DNA of 64,000 nt from a virus. The stretch spans positions 64,001 to 128,000 of the IMG/VR virus record IMGVR_UViG_3300047089_000307. One strand, given 5' to 3'. The notes beneath the pieces were generated by a model. That model saw nothing but the letters and a program-made list of their open reading frames with translations. It was not told the DNA's origin and did not search any database. This document shows, piece after piece, positions 41,871 to 50,404 of the stretch (its first letter is position 1; every line of letters begins with the position of its first letter). The position numbers and the translations under genes were made by a program.

Positions 41871-42452
41871 GTGACTGAGGAAGCGCCGCGGGCCGGGCCT
41901 GCCCTGACCGCGGCACAGCAGGACCTGCTGCGCCGGCTAACCCAGGGCCCGCAGCCGGCGGTAACCTGCGTGCTCGGCGTCGACCCCGGCCCTGTCACGG
42001 GCATCGCGTGGCTGTGCTCCGGGCCGGGGCAGCGTCCCCTGGTCTTCCAGTGCAATGCCGCGGGCGCGTACCCGCTGGCGAGCTGGCTGCTGGAGGCCAG
42101 CGAGGGGCCGGCCCGGATCATCTGCGCCGGCGAGCGGTTCATCACCGGGCGCGGCGCCGGGGCCAGGGGCGCGAACGCTACCGCCACCCGGCAGGTGATC
42201 AGCGACCTGGACCGGCTCGCCAGGTGGCACTGGCGCAGCGCAGCAGAAGTGAAACCCTGGGCAACCGACGCCCGGCTGAAGGCGGCAGGGCTGCTGGAGC
42301 AGTGCCACGGCATGCCGCACGCTGCCGACGCGTGCAGGCATGCTTTGTTTGCCATGATCCACGACTGTGGCATGCCCGATCCGCTCTCGCGCAAGGCGGG
42401 CACGCTCTATGCCCGGTCACTGTCGCTGGAAGAACTGGAGGGCTTCTCATGA
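41871..42452 (+). CDS. RuvC-like Holliday junction resolvase
   Basis: VLGVDPG..TG.A, ERF, K and HAADA..HA; also carries a C-terminal ARSLSLEE tag. Confidence 0.75.
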   Translation: MTEEAPRAGPALTAAQQDLLRRLTQGPQPAVTCVLGVDPGPVTGIAWLCSGPGQRPLVFQCNAAGAYPLASWLLEASEGPARIICAGERFITGRGAGARGANATATRQVISDLDRLARWHWRSAAEVKPWATDARLKAAGLLEQCHGMPHAADACRHALFAMIHDCGMPDPLSRKAGTLYARSLSLEELEGFS

Positions 42453-42869
42453 TGCCGGCTGACGGGGAGAGCAGCTTCCGGATGGTGCTGACCTCGAATT
42501 CCTGCCCGCGCTGCGGCGCCATCACCTACCTCCGGCTGTCCGCCTCCGCAGAGGGAAGCGTCGCCGTGGCCGGCGAGCAGCCACCGCCCGTCGACAACCG
42601 GGCGCAGCACGCGGACTGGCACGAGCGGACGGGCACGTGAGCGCCTGGCGGCTAGTGGCGGGCCTGGCCGGCGTGGCGGCGGCACTCGCGGCCGTGATCC
42701 TGGCAGCCCAGGCGGTCGCCAGGGGATCAGTGCTGGAGATCGCGTTCCTGCCCGCGCTCATCGGGCTGCCCGCCAGCGTCGCGGTGATCATCCTTGAGCC
42801 GTCCTCCCCGGGCGAGGATGATGATGACGACGAGGATGACGAGCCGGGCTGGCGCGAGCGGACGGGCAC

Positions 42870-43232
42870 GTGAGCAGGCACCGGGGCCGGATAGGGTTCC
42901 GGGGCGGCTGGGCGCTGACGTACGAGGAAGACCGCTGGTGGCCGTCCTGGGAGAGTGCTTCCCGGCTGCACTGCGTCACCTGGACGCTGGACGACGTGGT
43001 CATGACGCAGGCGCAGTACGAGCGGGCCGCCGCCGTCCGGGACGACGCTCCGTACTGGCTGACCGCCATGGCAGCCGGGCTTGCGATGACGGCCGGGCTC
43101 GCGATGGTCAGCGGGATCTTGCTCAGCGAGGCTGAGGCGATGGCCATCCGGCGCGGCGCTCACCCGCTGACGGTGCTGCTGCCCCGGACCTGGGCCCGGC
43201 CGCTGACCCTGGCGGAGATGATGGGTGCATGA
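42870..43232 (+). CDS. ARPLTLxEM-tag family protein
   Basis: RGGWAL near the N-terminus; ends WARPLTLAEMMGA. Confidence 0.7.
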   Translation: MSRHRGRIGFRGGWALTYEEDRWWPSWESASRLHCVTWTLDDVVMTQAQYERAAAVRDDAPYWLTAMAAGLAMTAGLAMVSGILLSEAEAMAIRRGAHPLTVLLPRTWARPLTLAEMMGA

Positions 43233-43540
43233 GCGTGCTGGCGCAGCGAGACGGCTGGACGCTGGAGACAGGCCCGCCTTCCCCTCCTGACTTCCCCTGT
43301 GCTGCGTTCATCCTGCGCGAGCTGGCCGTGACGCAGGAGCAGTGCGCCGCCATCTTGTACCGCTGCGGCCGGACCGGGTCCTGGTTCCGGGTCCCCGTCC
43401 CCGGCGGATGGGTCATGACGCTGGAGCTGGACCGGGCGGAGGCGCACGCGATCGGGCTGCTGGGACGCGACCCGCTGACGGTGCTGGCTCCCCCGCTGCA
43501 CGCCCGGTCACTGACCCTGAGGGAGATGATGAGCGCATGA
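43229..43540 (+). CDS. ARPLTLxEM-tag family protein
   Basis: MSVLAQRDGWTL...HARSLTLREMMSA. Confidence 0.75.
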   Translation: MSVLAQRDGWTLETGPPSPPDFPCAAFILRELAVTQEQCAAILYRCGRTGSWFRVPVPGGWVMTLELDRAEAHAIGLLGRDPLTVLAPPLHARSLTLREMMSA

Positions 43541-43857
43541 GCGTGCTGGCGCAGCGAGACGGCTGGACGCTGAGCGCGTGGCGCTGGCCCCGGAGCGGCA
43601 GCCTGCTCCGGCACGTGTACCAGCTCCGGCACGTGTACCAGCTGGACGGGCTGACGGTAACGGACGCGCAGCTCCAGGCCATGACCGCCCGGTCATCGCA
43701 CATGTGGTGGGTAAGCCCTGAGTGCCTGATCATGCACGGCGTCAGCCTCACCTGGGAGCAAGCCCGCGCAATCCAGGACGGGGCAAATCCGGTAACCGTG
43801 CTGACCCCTCGCTTCCGGGCCCGGTCACTGACCCTGAGGGAGATGATGGGCGCATGA
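43537..43857 (+). CDS. ARPLTLxEM-tag family protein
   Basis: MSVLAQRDGWTL...RARSLTLREMMGA. Confidence 0.75.
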   Translation: MSVLAQRDGWTLSAWRWPRSGSLLRHVYQLRHVYQLDGLTVTDAQLQAMTARSSHMWWVSPECLIMHGVSLTWEQARAIQDGANPVTVLTPRFRARSLTLREMMGA

Positions 43858-44237
43858 GCAGGATAGTCATGAAACGACGGCTGCGGTGCGGCGCGGTGCT
43901 GACCGCGCAGGAGCACTGGGAGCACTCGATGGGCGTCATGTCGCCAGGGCACCGGGAGGTACTCTTCACGCTGCATGACCTCCCGGTGACGCCCGGAGAC
44001 GCCGAGCGGCTGATGTCGGCGCGACCGCGGCCATGGCGTCGGGGTGCAGGCAGCTGGATTACCAGAACCTTCATGCACCAGTACGGCGCGAACGTCACCC
44101 CCGTCTTGTCCCTGTCCCGGATTCAGGTCACGCCGCAGGAGGCGGACCGCATGCTGTCCGGGGAGCACCCGATGGCGGTGCTGCTGCCGCCGCTGTACGC
44201 GCGGTCGCTGACCCTGGCGGAGATGACGGGCGCATGA
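43854..44237 (+). CDS. ARPLTLxEM-tag family protein
   Basis: Ends YARSLTLAEMTGA; ATGA overlaps on both sides. Confidence 0.7.
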   Translation: MSRIVMKRRLRCGAVLTAQEHWEHSMGVMSPGHREVLFTLHDLPVTPGDAERLMSARPRPWRRGAGSWITRTFMHQYGANVTPVLSLSRIQVTPQEADRMLSGEHPMAVLLPPLYARSLTLAEMTGA

Positions 44238-44563
44238 CGTGCAGCGAGATGCTCGCCGCCCGGGACGGCTGGACGCTGGACGCGGCGTGGGAGGGCGCCT
44301 TCCCGTACGGGACCGTGTCCTCCCCGGTTCGCTGCACGCTGTCCGGGCTGCGGGTGACGAGGAGCCAGGCCCGCGCCATCACCACGGGCCGGGCCGTGCT
44401 CACCGTTGAGCACGAGTACCCGTTCGGCAGCTTCTTCCTCCTGCACCTGGAGGTCACGCCGGCCGAGGCTCACGCCATCGCGGGCGGCAGGCACCCGCTG
44501 AACGTGCTGATGCCGCCGCTGTACGCGCGGTCGCTGACCCTGGCGGAGATGACGGGCACGTGA
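44234..44563 (+). CDS. ARPLTLxEM-tag family protein
   Basis: ARDGWTL...YARSLTLAEMTGT. Confidence 0.75.
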   Translation: MTCSEMLAARDGWTLDAAWEGAFPYGTVSSPVRCTLSGLRVTRSQARAITTGRAVLTVEHEYPFGSFFLLHLEVTPAEAHAIAGGRHPLNVLMPPLYARSLTLAEMTGT

Positions 44564-45006
44564 CCCGCGTCACCGGCAGGAACGGGATCATGTACCTCGG
44601 CACGGGGCCGGGCGCGCTGCTCGGCCAGCCCGTGGCTTATATCCCGGACTGGTCCATTGACTTCGACGTCCTGCCGGCAGCACTGACCGGGGTGACGCTC
44701 GCCGAGCGGGACGGCTGGACGCTGCGGGCCGGCACCGCCCCGTACGGTCACTTCGGCGATACGCGCCCGCTGTACGTGCTGGAGAACCTGATGGTGACGG
44801 CCGGGCAGGCGAGCCAGGTCATGCGGCACCGGCCGGGGGACCTGCCCTGGCACCTGGGCCACGGCAACGGCCCGCTGCGGCCGATGAAGATGGTGCTGAC
44901 CACGGAGGAGACGGTGCGCGTCTGGCGCGGGGCCGACCCGCTGGCCATGCTGGCCCCGCCGCTGCGCGCCCGCGCGCTGACCCTGGAGGAGATGATGAGG
45001 GAATGA
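44560..45006 (+). CDS. ARPLTLxEM-tag family protein with tail-tube-like N-terminus
   Basis: MTRVTGRNGIMYLG...DWSIDF matches the tail tube N-terminus; then ERDGWTL...RARALTLEEMMRE. Confidence 0.75.
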   Translation: MTRVTGRNGIMYLGTGPGALLGQPVAYIPDWSIDFDVLPAALTGVTLAERDGWTLRAGTAPYGHFGDTRPLYVLENLMVTAGQASQVMRHRPGDLPWHLGHGNGPLRPMKMVLTTEETVRVWRGADPLAMLAPPLRARALTLEEMMRE

Positions 45007-45416
45007 GCTGGGACTGGCCGGGCTGGCGACTGGCCCGCACCTTCCACGGCAGCCGGAACGGGATGGCCCGGCGCGATAACTGGACGCTGGAGACCTGGCA
45101 GTACGAGGCGCCGCTGACCTGTTACTCCGAGTACCTCATCCCGCGCGTGACCACCGACGTGCGGTACGTGCTGTCCGGCCTGACGGTGACGCCCCGCGAG
45201 GCGGATGCCATCACCGGCCGTCGCCTGGGGCACTTCGCGCCGCCGCGGGCCAGCGTGCACTACGGCTACGGCCCTGGCCCGGTCCTGGTGATGGACGACA
45301 TTGAGCTGACCATGGACGAGGCGGCGGCCATCGTAGACGGCACCGACCCGGTGGCCGCGCTGGCGCCGCGGATCAGGGCACGGCCGCTGAGCCTTCAGGA
45401 GATGATGGGCGCATGA
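45003..45416 (+). CDS. ARPLTLxEM-tag family protein
   Basis: RRDNWTL...RARPLSLQEMMGA. Confidence 0.75.
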   Translation: MSWDWPGWRLARTFHGSRNGMARRDNWTLETWQYEAPLTCYSEYLIPRVTTDVRYVLSGLTVTPREADAITGRRLGHFAPPRASVHYGYGPGPVLVMDDIELTMDEAAAIVDGTDPVAALAPRIRARPLSLQEMMGA

Positions 45417-45664
45417 GCGAGGGCTACTCCTGGCGGGACCTGACGGGCTTCCTGGTGTCCGTCCACCGTGACCAGGCCGCCCGGCAAGAAGCCGGGGACC
45501 GCCAGGTCGCGGCACTGCGGGCGTCGGTCTGGCAGCTCCAGCGCCAGGCCGGCGTGATGACCCTGAATGAGGTGCGGGCCCGGCAGGACAGGGCGTCCCT
45601 GCCGCCCGGCACGATCGTGCTGCGCGCCCGGCCGCTGAGCCTTCAGGAGATGCTAGGCACGTGA
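45413..45664 (+). CDS. Tagged small protein with portal-like AGVMTLNEVRAR segment
   Basis: Ends RARPLSLQEMLGT. Confidence 0.65.
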   Translation: MSEGYSWRDLTGFLVSVHRDQAARQEAGDRQVAALRASVWQLQRQAGVMTLNEVRARQDRASLPPGTIVLRARPLSLQEMLGT

Positions 45665-45695
45665 CGCAGGACAACGGAAAGCGAGTGCGCACGCC

Positions 45696-46070
45696 ATGCG
45701 GCCACCAGGAATTACCTACGATGCCCCCCGGCCGCAGCCGTGGACGCTGACCCAGGTCCGGGACTACCCGGGCGGGCCGCGGCGGTGGCAGCTGGCCCTG
45801 GAGGTTACCGGCGGCGAGCAGGCCAGGGCGGTCCGGCTAGCGCGGGGCGGCAGCGGGGTGATGCGGACCCGGGACGACGGCGTCATGCGGTACCCGGAGG
45901 CTTACCTGTTCGAGTTCATCGACGTCACCGCGGAGGAGATGCTCGCCATCGCGGGCGGGGCCAGCCCGCTGGACGTGCTGCTGCGCGGCCCGGACGGGGC
46001 GCGGCAGTGGCTGTGGCCGCTGGTGCTGCGCGCCCGGCCGCTGAGCCTTCAGGAGATGCTGGGCACGTGA
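45696..46070 (+). CDS. ARPLTLxEM-tag family protein
   Basis: WTL...VTAEEM.AI.GG..PL.VL...RARPLSLQEMLGT. Confidence 0.7.
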   Translation: MRPPGITYDAPRPQPWTLTQVRDYPGGPRRWQLALEVTGGEQARAVRLARGGSGVMRTRDDGVMRYPEAYLFEFIDVTAEEMLAIAGGASPLDVLLRGPDGARQWLWPLVLRARPLSLQEMLGT

Positions 46071-46240
46071 GCCACGGGGACTACGTGCAGCTCCTGGCGA
46101 GGCTGTACCTGGCCGGGATCATCACCGCAGCCAAGGCCCGCTGCCTGCATGAGGCCGCTTTCACGCGATGGCGGGCAACGACCGGGGGGCCGCTGCCGCT
46201 GGCAGCCCGGCCACTGACCCTGGCCGAGATGCTGGGCTAG
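46067..46240 (+). CDS. Tagged small protein
   Basis: LYLAGIITAAKAR...AARPLTLAEMLG. Confidence 0.6.
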   Translation: MSHGDYVQLLARLYLAGIITAAKARCLHEAAFTRWRATTGGPLPLAARPLTLAEMLG

Positions 46241-46647
46241 TACCTGGCGATCTTCCGGACGACGAGAGCGAGTACGCCGATGATCAGGACCACGATGACC
46301 CAGGCAGCCAGGTCGGATGCCCACACGGGCAGTATCCCGGGGCCGGGGTGGTAGCAAGAGGGATCGCCGGGCCGGCCCGTGAAGCCGTGGCACCGGCCCA
46401 GTGTCCCTGCCATCAGCCCGGCCCGGCCAGCAGGTGACCGGGTGGGGCTGGGTACTCATCGCCGTGTGCGTATCGGCGCTTCTCTTCCTGGCCGCGTGCT
46501 GGGCGGGCACTTGCTCGGTGAAGGGGTGCCGTGAGCCGGTGCGGTTCCACTCGATGGCGCGGCCGGGGACGGACGTGTGCGCCCGGCATTTCTGGGAGGA
46601 ATGGGACGACGGTTACCGGTGCTGACTGACCCTGCCATGCGCGCGGG

Positions 46648-47442
46648 CTACTCCGCCTTGTCATACGCTGCCCGGATCTTCGCCAGCACGGCGTGCTCGG
46701 AGCCGCGGCCCTGCGCGGCGCCGGCCAGCTCCCAGGTGCCGGCCGCCTTCATCGCCCGCATCAGGCGCTCGTGCTCCAGCTCGGCGTTGCCCAGGGCCAG
46801 GCCCACCGCCTTGACCAGCGTCACGTTCGTGCGCCGCTTGTCGTCACCGGGGAAGCACTCGCGCAGGGCGCGCAGCGTCTCCCGTAGCCGGGGCTCGCCG
46901 CCGATGGCCAGCACGTAGGTACCCGCGCTGATGCCGATCGTGGTGGCGCTGTCGGTCCGCTGGCCTATCGTGAAGCCCTGCTCCTCGAACATGCGGTTGA
47001 CGGTGAACGCGAGGCTGCCGTCATCGAACTCGATGTCACTGCGGGCCGCCTCGGTCAGCGTCACCTTCTTCAGCCGCTGAAGGTCCTGGAAGATGCGGTT
47101 CTCCTGGGCCAGCGTCAGGCCGCGGAGCACCCGGCACGGGACCAGGTGGTTCGGGCCGAACTTCTCGTGCAGCCAGTGGTTGGAGGCGTTGCCGTCCAGC
47201 GTCCAGTACTGGTGGCTGTCAGAACGGTAGGACACGACGCGCGGGCGCAGTAGCACAGGATTGTAGTCCTGGAACGCCTTGGCCCTCGCCCTGAGCGTTG
47301 ACAGGTACCTGACGCTGTCCTCGGGGCGGTTGCGCTGCGGCCCGCGCAAGGTGGCGAACGCGGACACCAGTATGCCGACCGGCAGCATGGTGTCCTCGTA
47401 GTTCTGCGGCGGAGCCTCGGGGTAGATGACCTTCTTTGCCAA
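46648..47442 (-). CDS. ParB/Srx-like (DUF6551-like) protein
   Basis: QR, VVS.R...YWTLDGN and VPC.V..GLTLAQE..IF; TTG start after a GAAAGGGG RBS. Confidence 0.55.
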   Translation of the reverse strand: MAKKVIYPEAPPQNYEDTMLPVGILVSAFATLRGPQRNRPEDSVRYLSTLRARAKAFQDYNPVLLRPRVVSYRSDSHQYWTLDGNASNHWLHEKFGPNHLVPCRVLRGLTLAQENRIFQDLQRLKKVTLTEAARSDIEFDDGSLAFTVNRMFEEQGFTIGQRTDSATTIGISAGTYVLAIGGEPRLRETLRALRECFPGDDKRRTNVTLVKAVGLALGNAELEHERLMRAMKAAGTWELAGAAQGRGSEHAVLAKIRAAYDKAE

Positions 47443-47498
47443 CGGAATCCCTTTCAAGGGGTAGCTTCTCACTCACATCATACTCTAAGAGACTACCT

Positions 47499-48740
47499 TT
47501 ACCATCCGGCGATAGTCAGTGACCGCTCCGCCCTCGTCACCGCGGTGTACAGCCACCGGCTGCGCTCGCCAGTTCCGGGCGCCGGCCAGCCCTCCTCAAT
47601 GACCAGCACCTTCTCGGCCGAACTTCCCTGTGCCTTGTGGGCTGTGAGTGCGTAGCCATAGTCAAAGAGCGCGACATGACGGTCCCTGACGCAGGATGCC
47701 TGGAACTTCGGGTCACCGAACGGCAGCGCTGATACCGTCCCCGACCACGGGCGGAGGAGGTCCTCGCATTCGATGACAGCCTGGAATGTGGCCTCACTAC
47801 CGGGCCCTGTTACCCCTCCCACGGCCAGGATGGTCCCGCGCTGACCGTTGTACAGGCCCTCTGCGTGGTTATTGCGAAGGCAGGTCACCGTATCGCCGAC
47901 CTGCGGCGGCCCGGACCGGCCGTGCCACGCGCGCATCAGCTGGTTGTGCGCTGTCCTTGCGGCGTTAGTCGCGCAGATGATCAGGTCCGCCTCAGCCGGG
48001 TGCAGGCCGGCCAGCCCGGACTCATGCTCGGCCATCGTCAGCTTGACCGCATCCGGCCCGTACCAGCCGGGCGGCACGTGGCCCTGCTCGCGCGCCCACC
48101 GCGCCATGGTGAGGATGGCCATGCCAGACGGGCTTTCCTCGTTCTGCCGGTGGATCTTCTCCAGCCGGATATCCGGGCTGGCCATCAAGTTGAAGGACGA
48201 GCGGACGGGCGGCAGCTGGCCGTGGTCGCCGACCGCCAGCACCGGAACGCCATGGCCGGTCAGGTCCTTCCAGAGCTGCTCGGGGATCATCGATGCCTCG
48301 TCGGCCACGACCAGTCCGATGCCGGCGAGCGGCTCCGGCGCCGGCGTGAAGCTCAGCTGGCGGCGCACCGCGCACTCCCAGCCCCGTCCGGCGTGCGCGC
48401 GGCACTGAACGTCCGCCTCCTTCATTACCGTGTCACTCTCGGTGCACACCGTAACCTCACAGGCACGGTAGAGCAGCCGGTGCAGGGTGGACGCATGATC
48501 CGGGGGGACGTCACCGGGGAGCTTGCGCCGCAGCACGGACGTCGCCTTACCGGTGTAGGCGGCGAACGCGATCCGGATATCAGGCAGGAACTGCGGCAGG
48601 CAGCAGATCAGGCTAGTCTTCCCGGTTCCCGCCAGCCCGCCCAGGGTCAGCGGCGGCCAGCCCCCGGCCTCATGCCACGCCAGGATCTGCGTGAGCGCGC
48701 GGCGCTGGTCCGCGGACAGGGTCTCCGTCAGGTCAGTCAT
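47499..48740 (-). CDS. RecD/Dda-like SF1B DNA helicase
   Basis: GLAGTGKT, AYTGKA, STLHRLLY, DEASM, GDHGQLPPV, YALTAHKAQGS and WLYTAVTRA. Confidence 0.92.
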   Translation of the reverse strand: MTDLTETLSADQRRALTQILAWHEAGGWPPLTLGGLAGTGKTSLICCLPQFLPDIRIAFAAYTGKATSVLRRKLPGDVPPDHASTLHRLLYRACEVTVCTESDTVMKEADVQCRAHAGRGWECAVRRQLSFTPAPEPLAGIGLVVADEASMIPEQLWKDLTGHGVPVLAVGDHGQLPPVRSSFNLMASPDIRLEKIHRQNEESPSGMAILTMARWAREQGHVPPGWYGPDAVKLTMAEHESGLAGLHPAEADLIICATNAARTAHNQLMRAWHGRSGPPQVGDTVTCLRNNHAEGLYNGQRGTILAVGGVTGPGSEATFQAVIECEDLLRPWSGTVSALPFGDPKFQASCVRDRHVALFDYGYALTAHKAQGSSAEKVLVIEEGWPAPGTGERSRWLYTAVTRAERSLTIAGW

Positions 48741-48791
48741 AGACCCCAAGATACCGGTAACAGGGCCCGGCACCGAGTGAAACGGCGCCGG

Positions 48792-50404
48792 GCTCCCGTG
48801 CCTGCCTAGCCAGGCCCGTCCTAGCCGAGCCATTCCTGCCGGGGCGGGCCGCGCCCAGCCCTGCCTAGCCTTGCGACGCCTGCCGAGCCTTGCCCAGCCG
48901 CGCCACGCCAAGCCCTGCCTGCCCAGCCGAGCCTAGCCCAGCCGCACCACGCCTAGCCATGCCTGCCACGCCAGACCTTGCCCTGCCTAGCCATGCCTGC
49001 CGGACCTCGCCTCACCTAGCCAAGCCATGCCGCGCCTGCCCTGCCGTGCCGCGCCGGGGCCTGCCGAGCCTAGCCATGCCTGCCTAGCCGAGCCCTGCCG
49101 AGCCTAGCCATGCCATGCCTGCCAGTCCTGGCCTTGCGTCACCCCGCCTTGCCCCGCCGTGTCCATCCCTTTTACGCCGGATGCTGCTGCTCCCGTGCCT
49201 GCCCGGCCACGCCAGACCTCGCCGCGCCTAACCTCACCTGCCCCGCCATGCCAGACCTTGCCGCGCCTAACCTCACCTGCCGCGCCAGACCTCGCCATGC
49301 CCTGCCGTGCCTAGCCGTGTCCATCCCTTTGCGCCGGATGCTGCTGCTCCCGTGCCTGCCGCGCCGCACCTGGCCATGGCTAACCTCACCGCGGCTGCCG
49401 AGCCGATCCCAGCCGTGCCTAGCCGTGCCGGCCCTGACCTCGCCTGCCCTGCCGCGCCGCGCCTGACCCAGCCAGGCCACGCCATGCCTGCCGCGCCGAC
49501 GCGCGCCACCCCGTGCCAAGCCACGCCCTGCCTGCCGGTCCCCGCCTAGCCCCGCCTGGCCATGCCAGCCCGAGCCATGCCTGCCTTGCCAGACCTTGCC
49601 TCGCCGTGCCTTGCCGTGCCTGCCCGGCCTCGCCACATCGCGCCATGCCTCTCCTTGGCCAGCCTCGCCATGCCTGCCCCGCCTGGCCTCGCCGGACCCT
49701 GCCCTGCCGCGTCCATCCCTTTACGCCGGATGCTGCTGCTCCCGTCCCTGCCGGTCCCGGCCTAGCCTCACCGAGCCTGACCTGCCTGACCGCGCCATGA
49801 CGCACCGAGCCTTACCGGTCCCTGCCTGCCATGCCACGCCACCCCGTGCCAAGCCCTACCTGCCCTGCCGCGCCGCGCCCTGCCGTGCCGTGCCTCGCCT
49901 GCCGCGCCTGGCCCTGCCGCACCGCACCATGCCACGTCCATCCCTTTACGCCGGATGCTGCTGCTCCCGTGCCGGCCAGACCTGCCGAGCCATGTCGTTC
50001 CGCTCCGCGCCATGCCCTGCCTGCCAAGCCACGCCCCACCCCGCCGAACCGAGCCATGCCTGCCAGGCCGTGCCGAGCCGCGCCTAGCCACGCCACGCCA
50101 TGCCTGCCGGGCCATGACGCACCGCGCCTTGCCGCGCCACACCGTGCCTGCCCCGCCTTGCCAAGTCCATCCCTTTGCGCCGGATGCTGCTGCTCCCGTG
50201 CCTGCCCCGCCTAGCCAAGCCTTGCCACGCCGCGCCTTGCCTGCCGGGCCGGACCCCGCCGGGCCGGACCATGCCGAGCCGCACCATGCCGTGCCTGCCG
50301 GACCGGACCACGCCACGCCGCACCATGCCGTGCCTCGCCTGCCGCACCAAGCCTCGCCGGACCCCGCCTTGCCATGTCCATCCCTTTCAGCCGGATGCTG
50401 CTGC
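48792..50404 (-). ncRNA. GGY-NN pentamer array, putative guide-RNA array (VIPR-like)
   Basis: Minus strand reads GGC AA GGC GG GGT CC GGC GA GGC TT GGT GC GGC A GGC ... for ~1.6 kb, split into six blocks by a conserved ~42 bp repeat; lies directly downstream of the RAMP-like operon. Confidence 0.8.
49161..50404 (-). repeat. Six copies of a conserved repeat (up to ~42 bp) inside the array
   Basis: Plus-strand GTCCATCCCTTT(T)RCGCCGGATGCTGCTGCTCCCGT starts at 49161, 49319, 49711, 49936 and 50165; a variant starts at 50376; a partial GCTCCCGTGCCTGCC is at 48792. Confidence 0.95.

Noticed and set aside
42870-46240. Integron cassette array
   Set aside because: No attC-like palindromes or integrase; the junction motif lies inside coding sequence.
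48741-48911. N-terminal extension of the helicase ORF
   Set aside because: It translates array sequence; the helicase plausibly starts at MTDLTETLS (48740).
49161-50404. Canonical CRISPR array
   Set aside because: The intervals are 115-355 nt of patterned GGY-NN sequence, not unique 30-40 nt spacers, and there is no cas1 or cas2.
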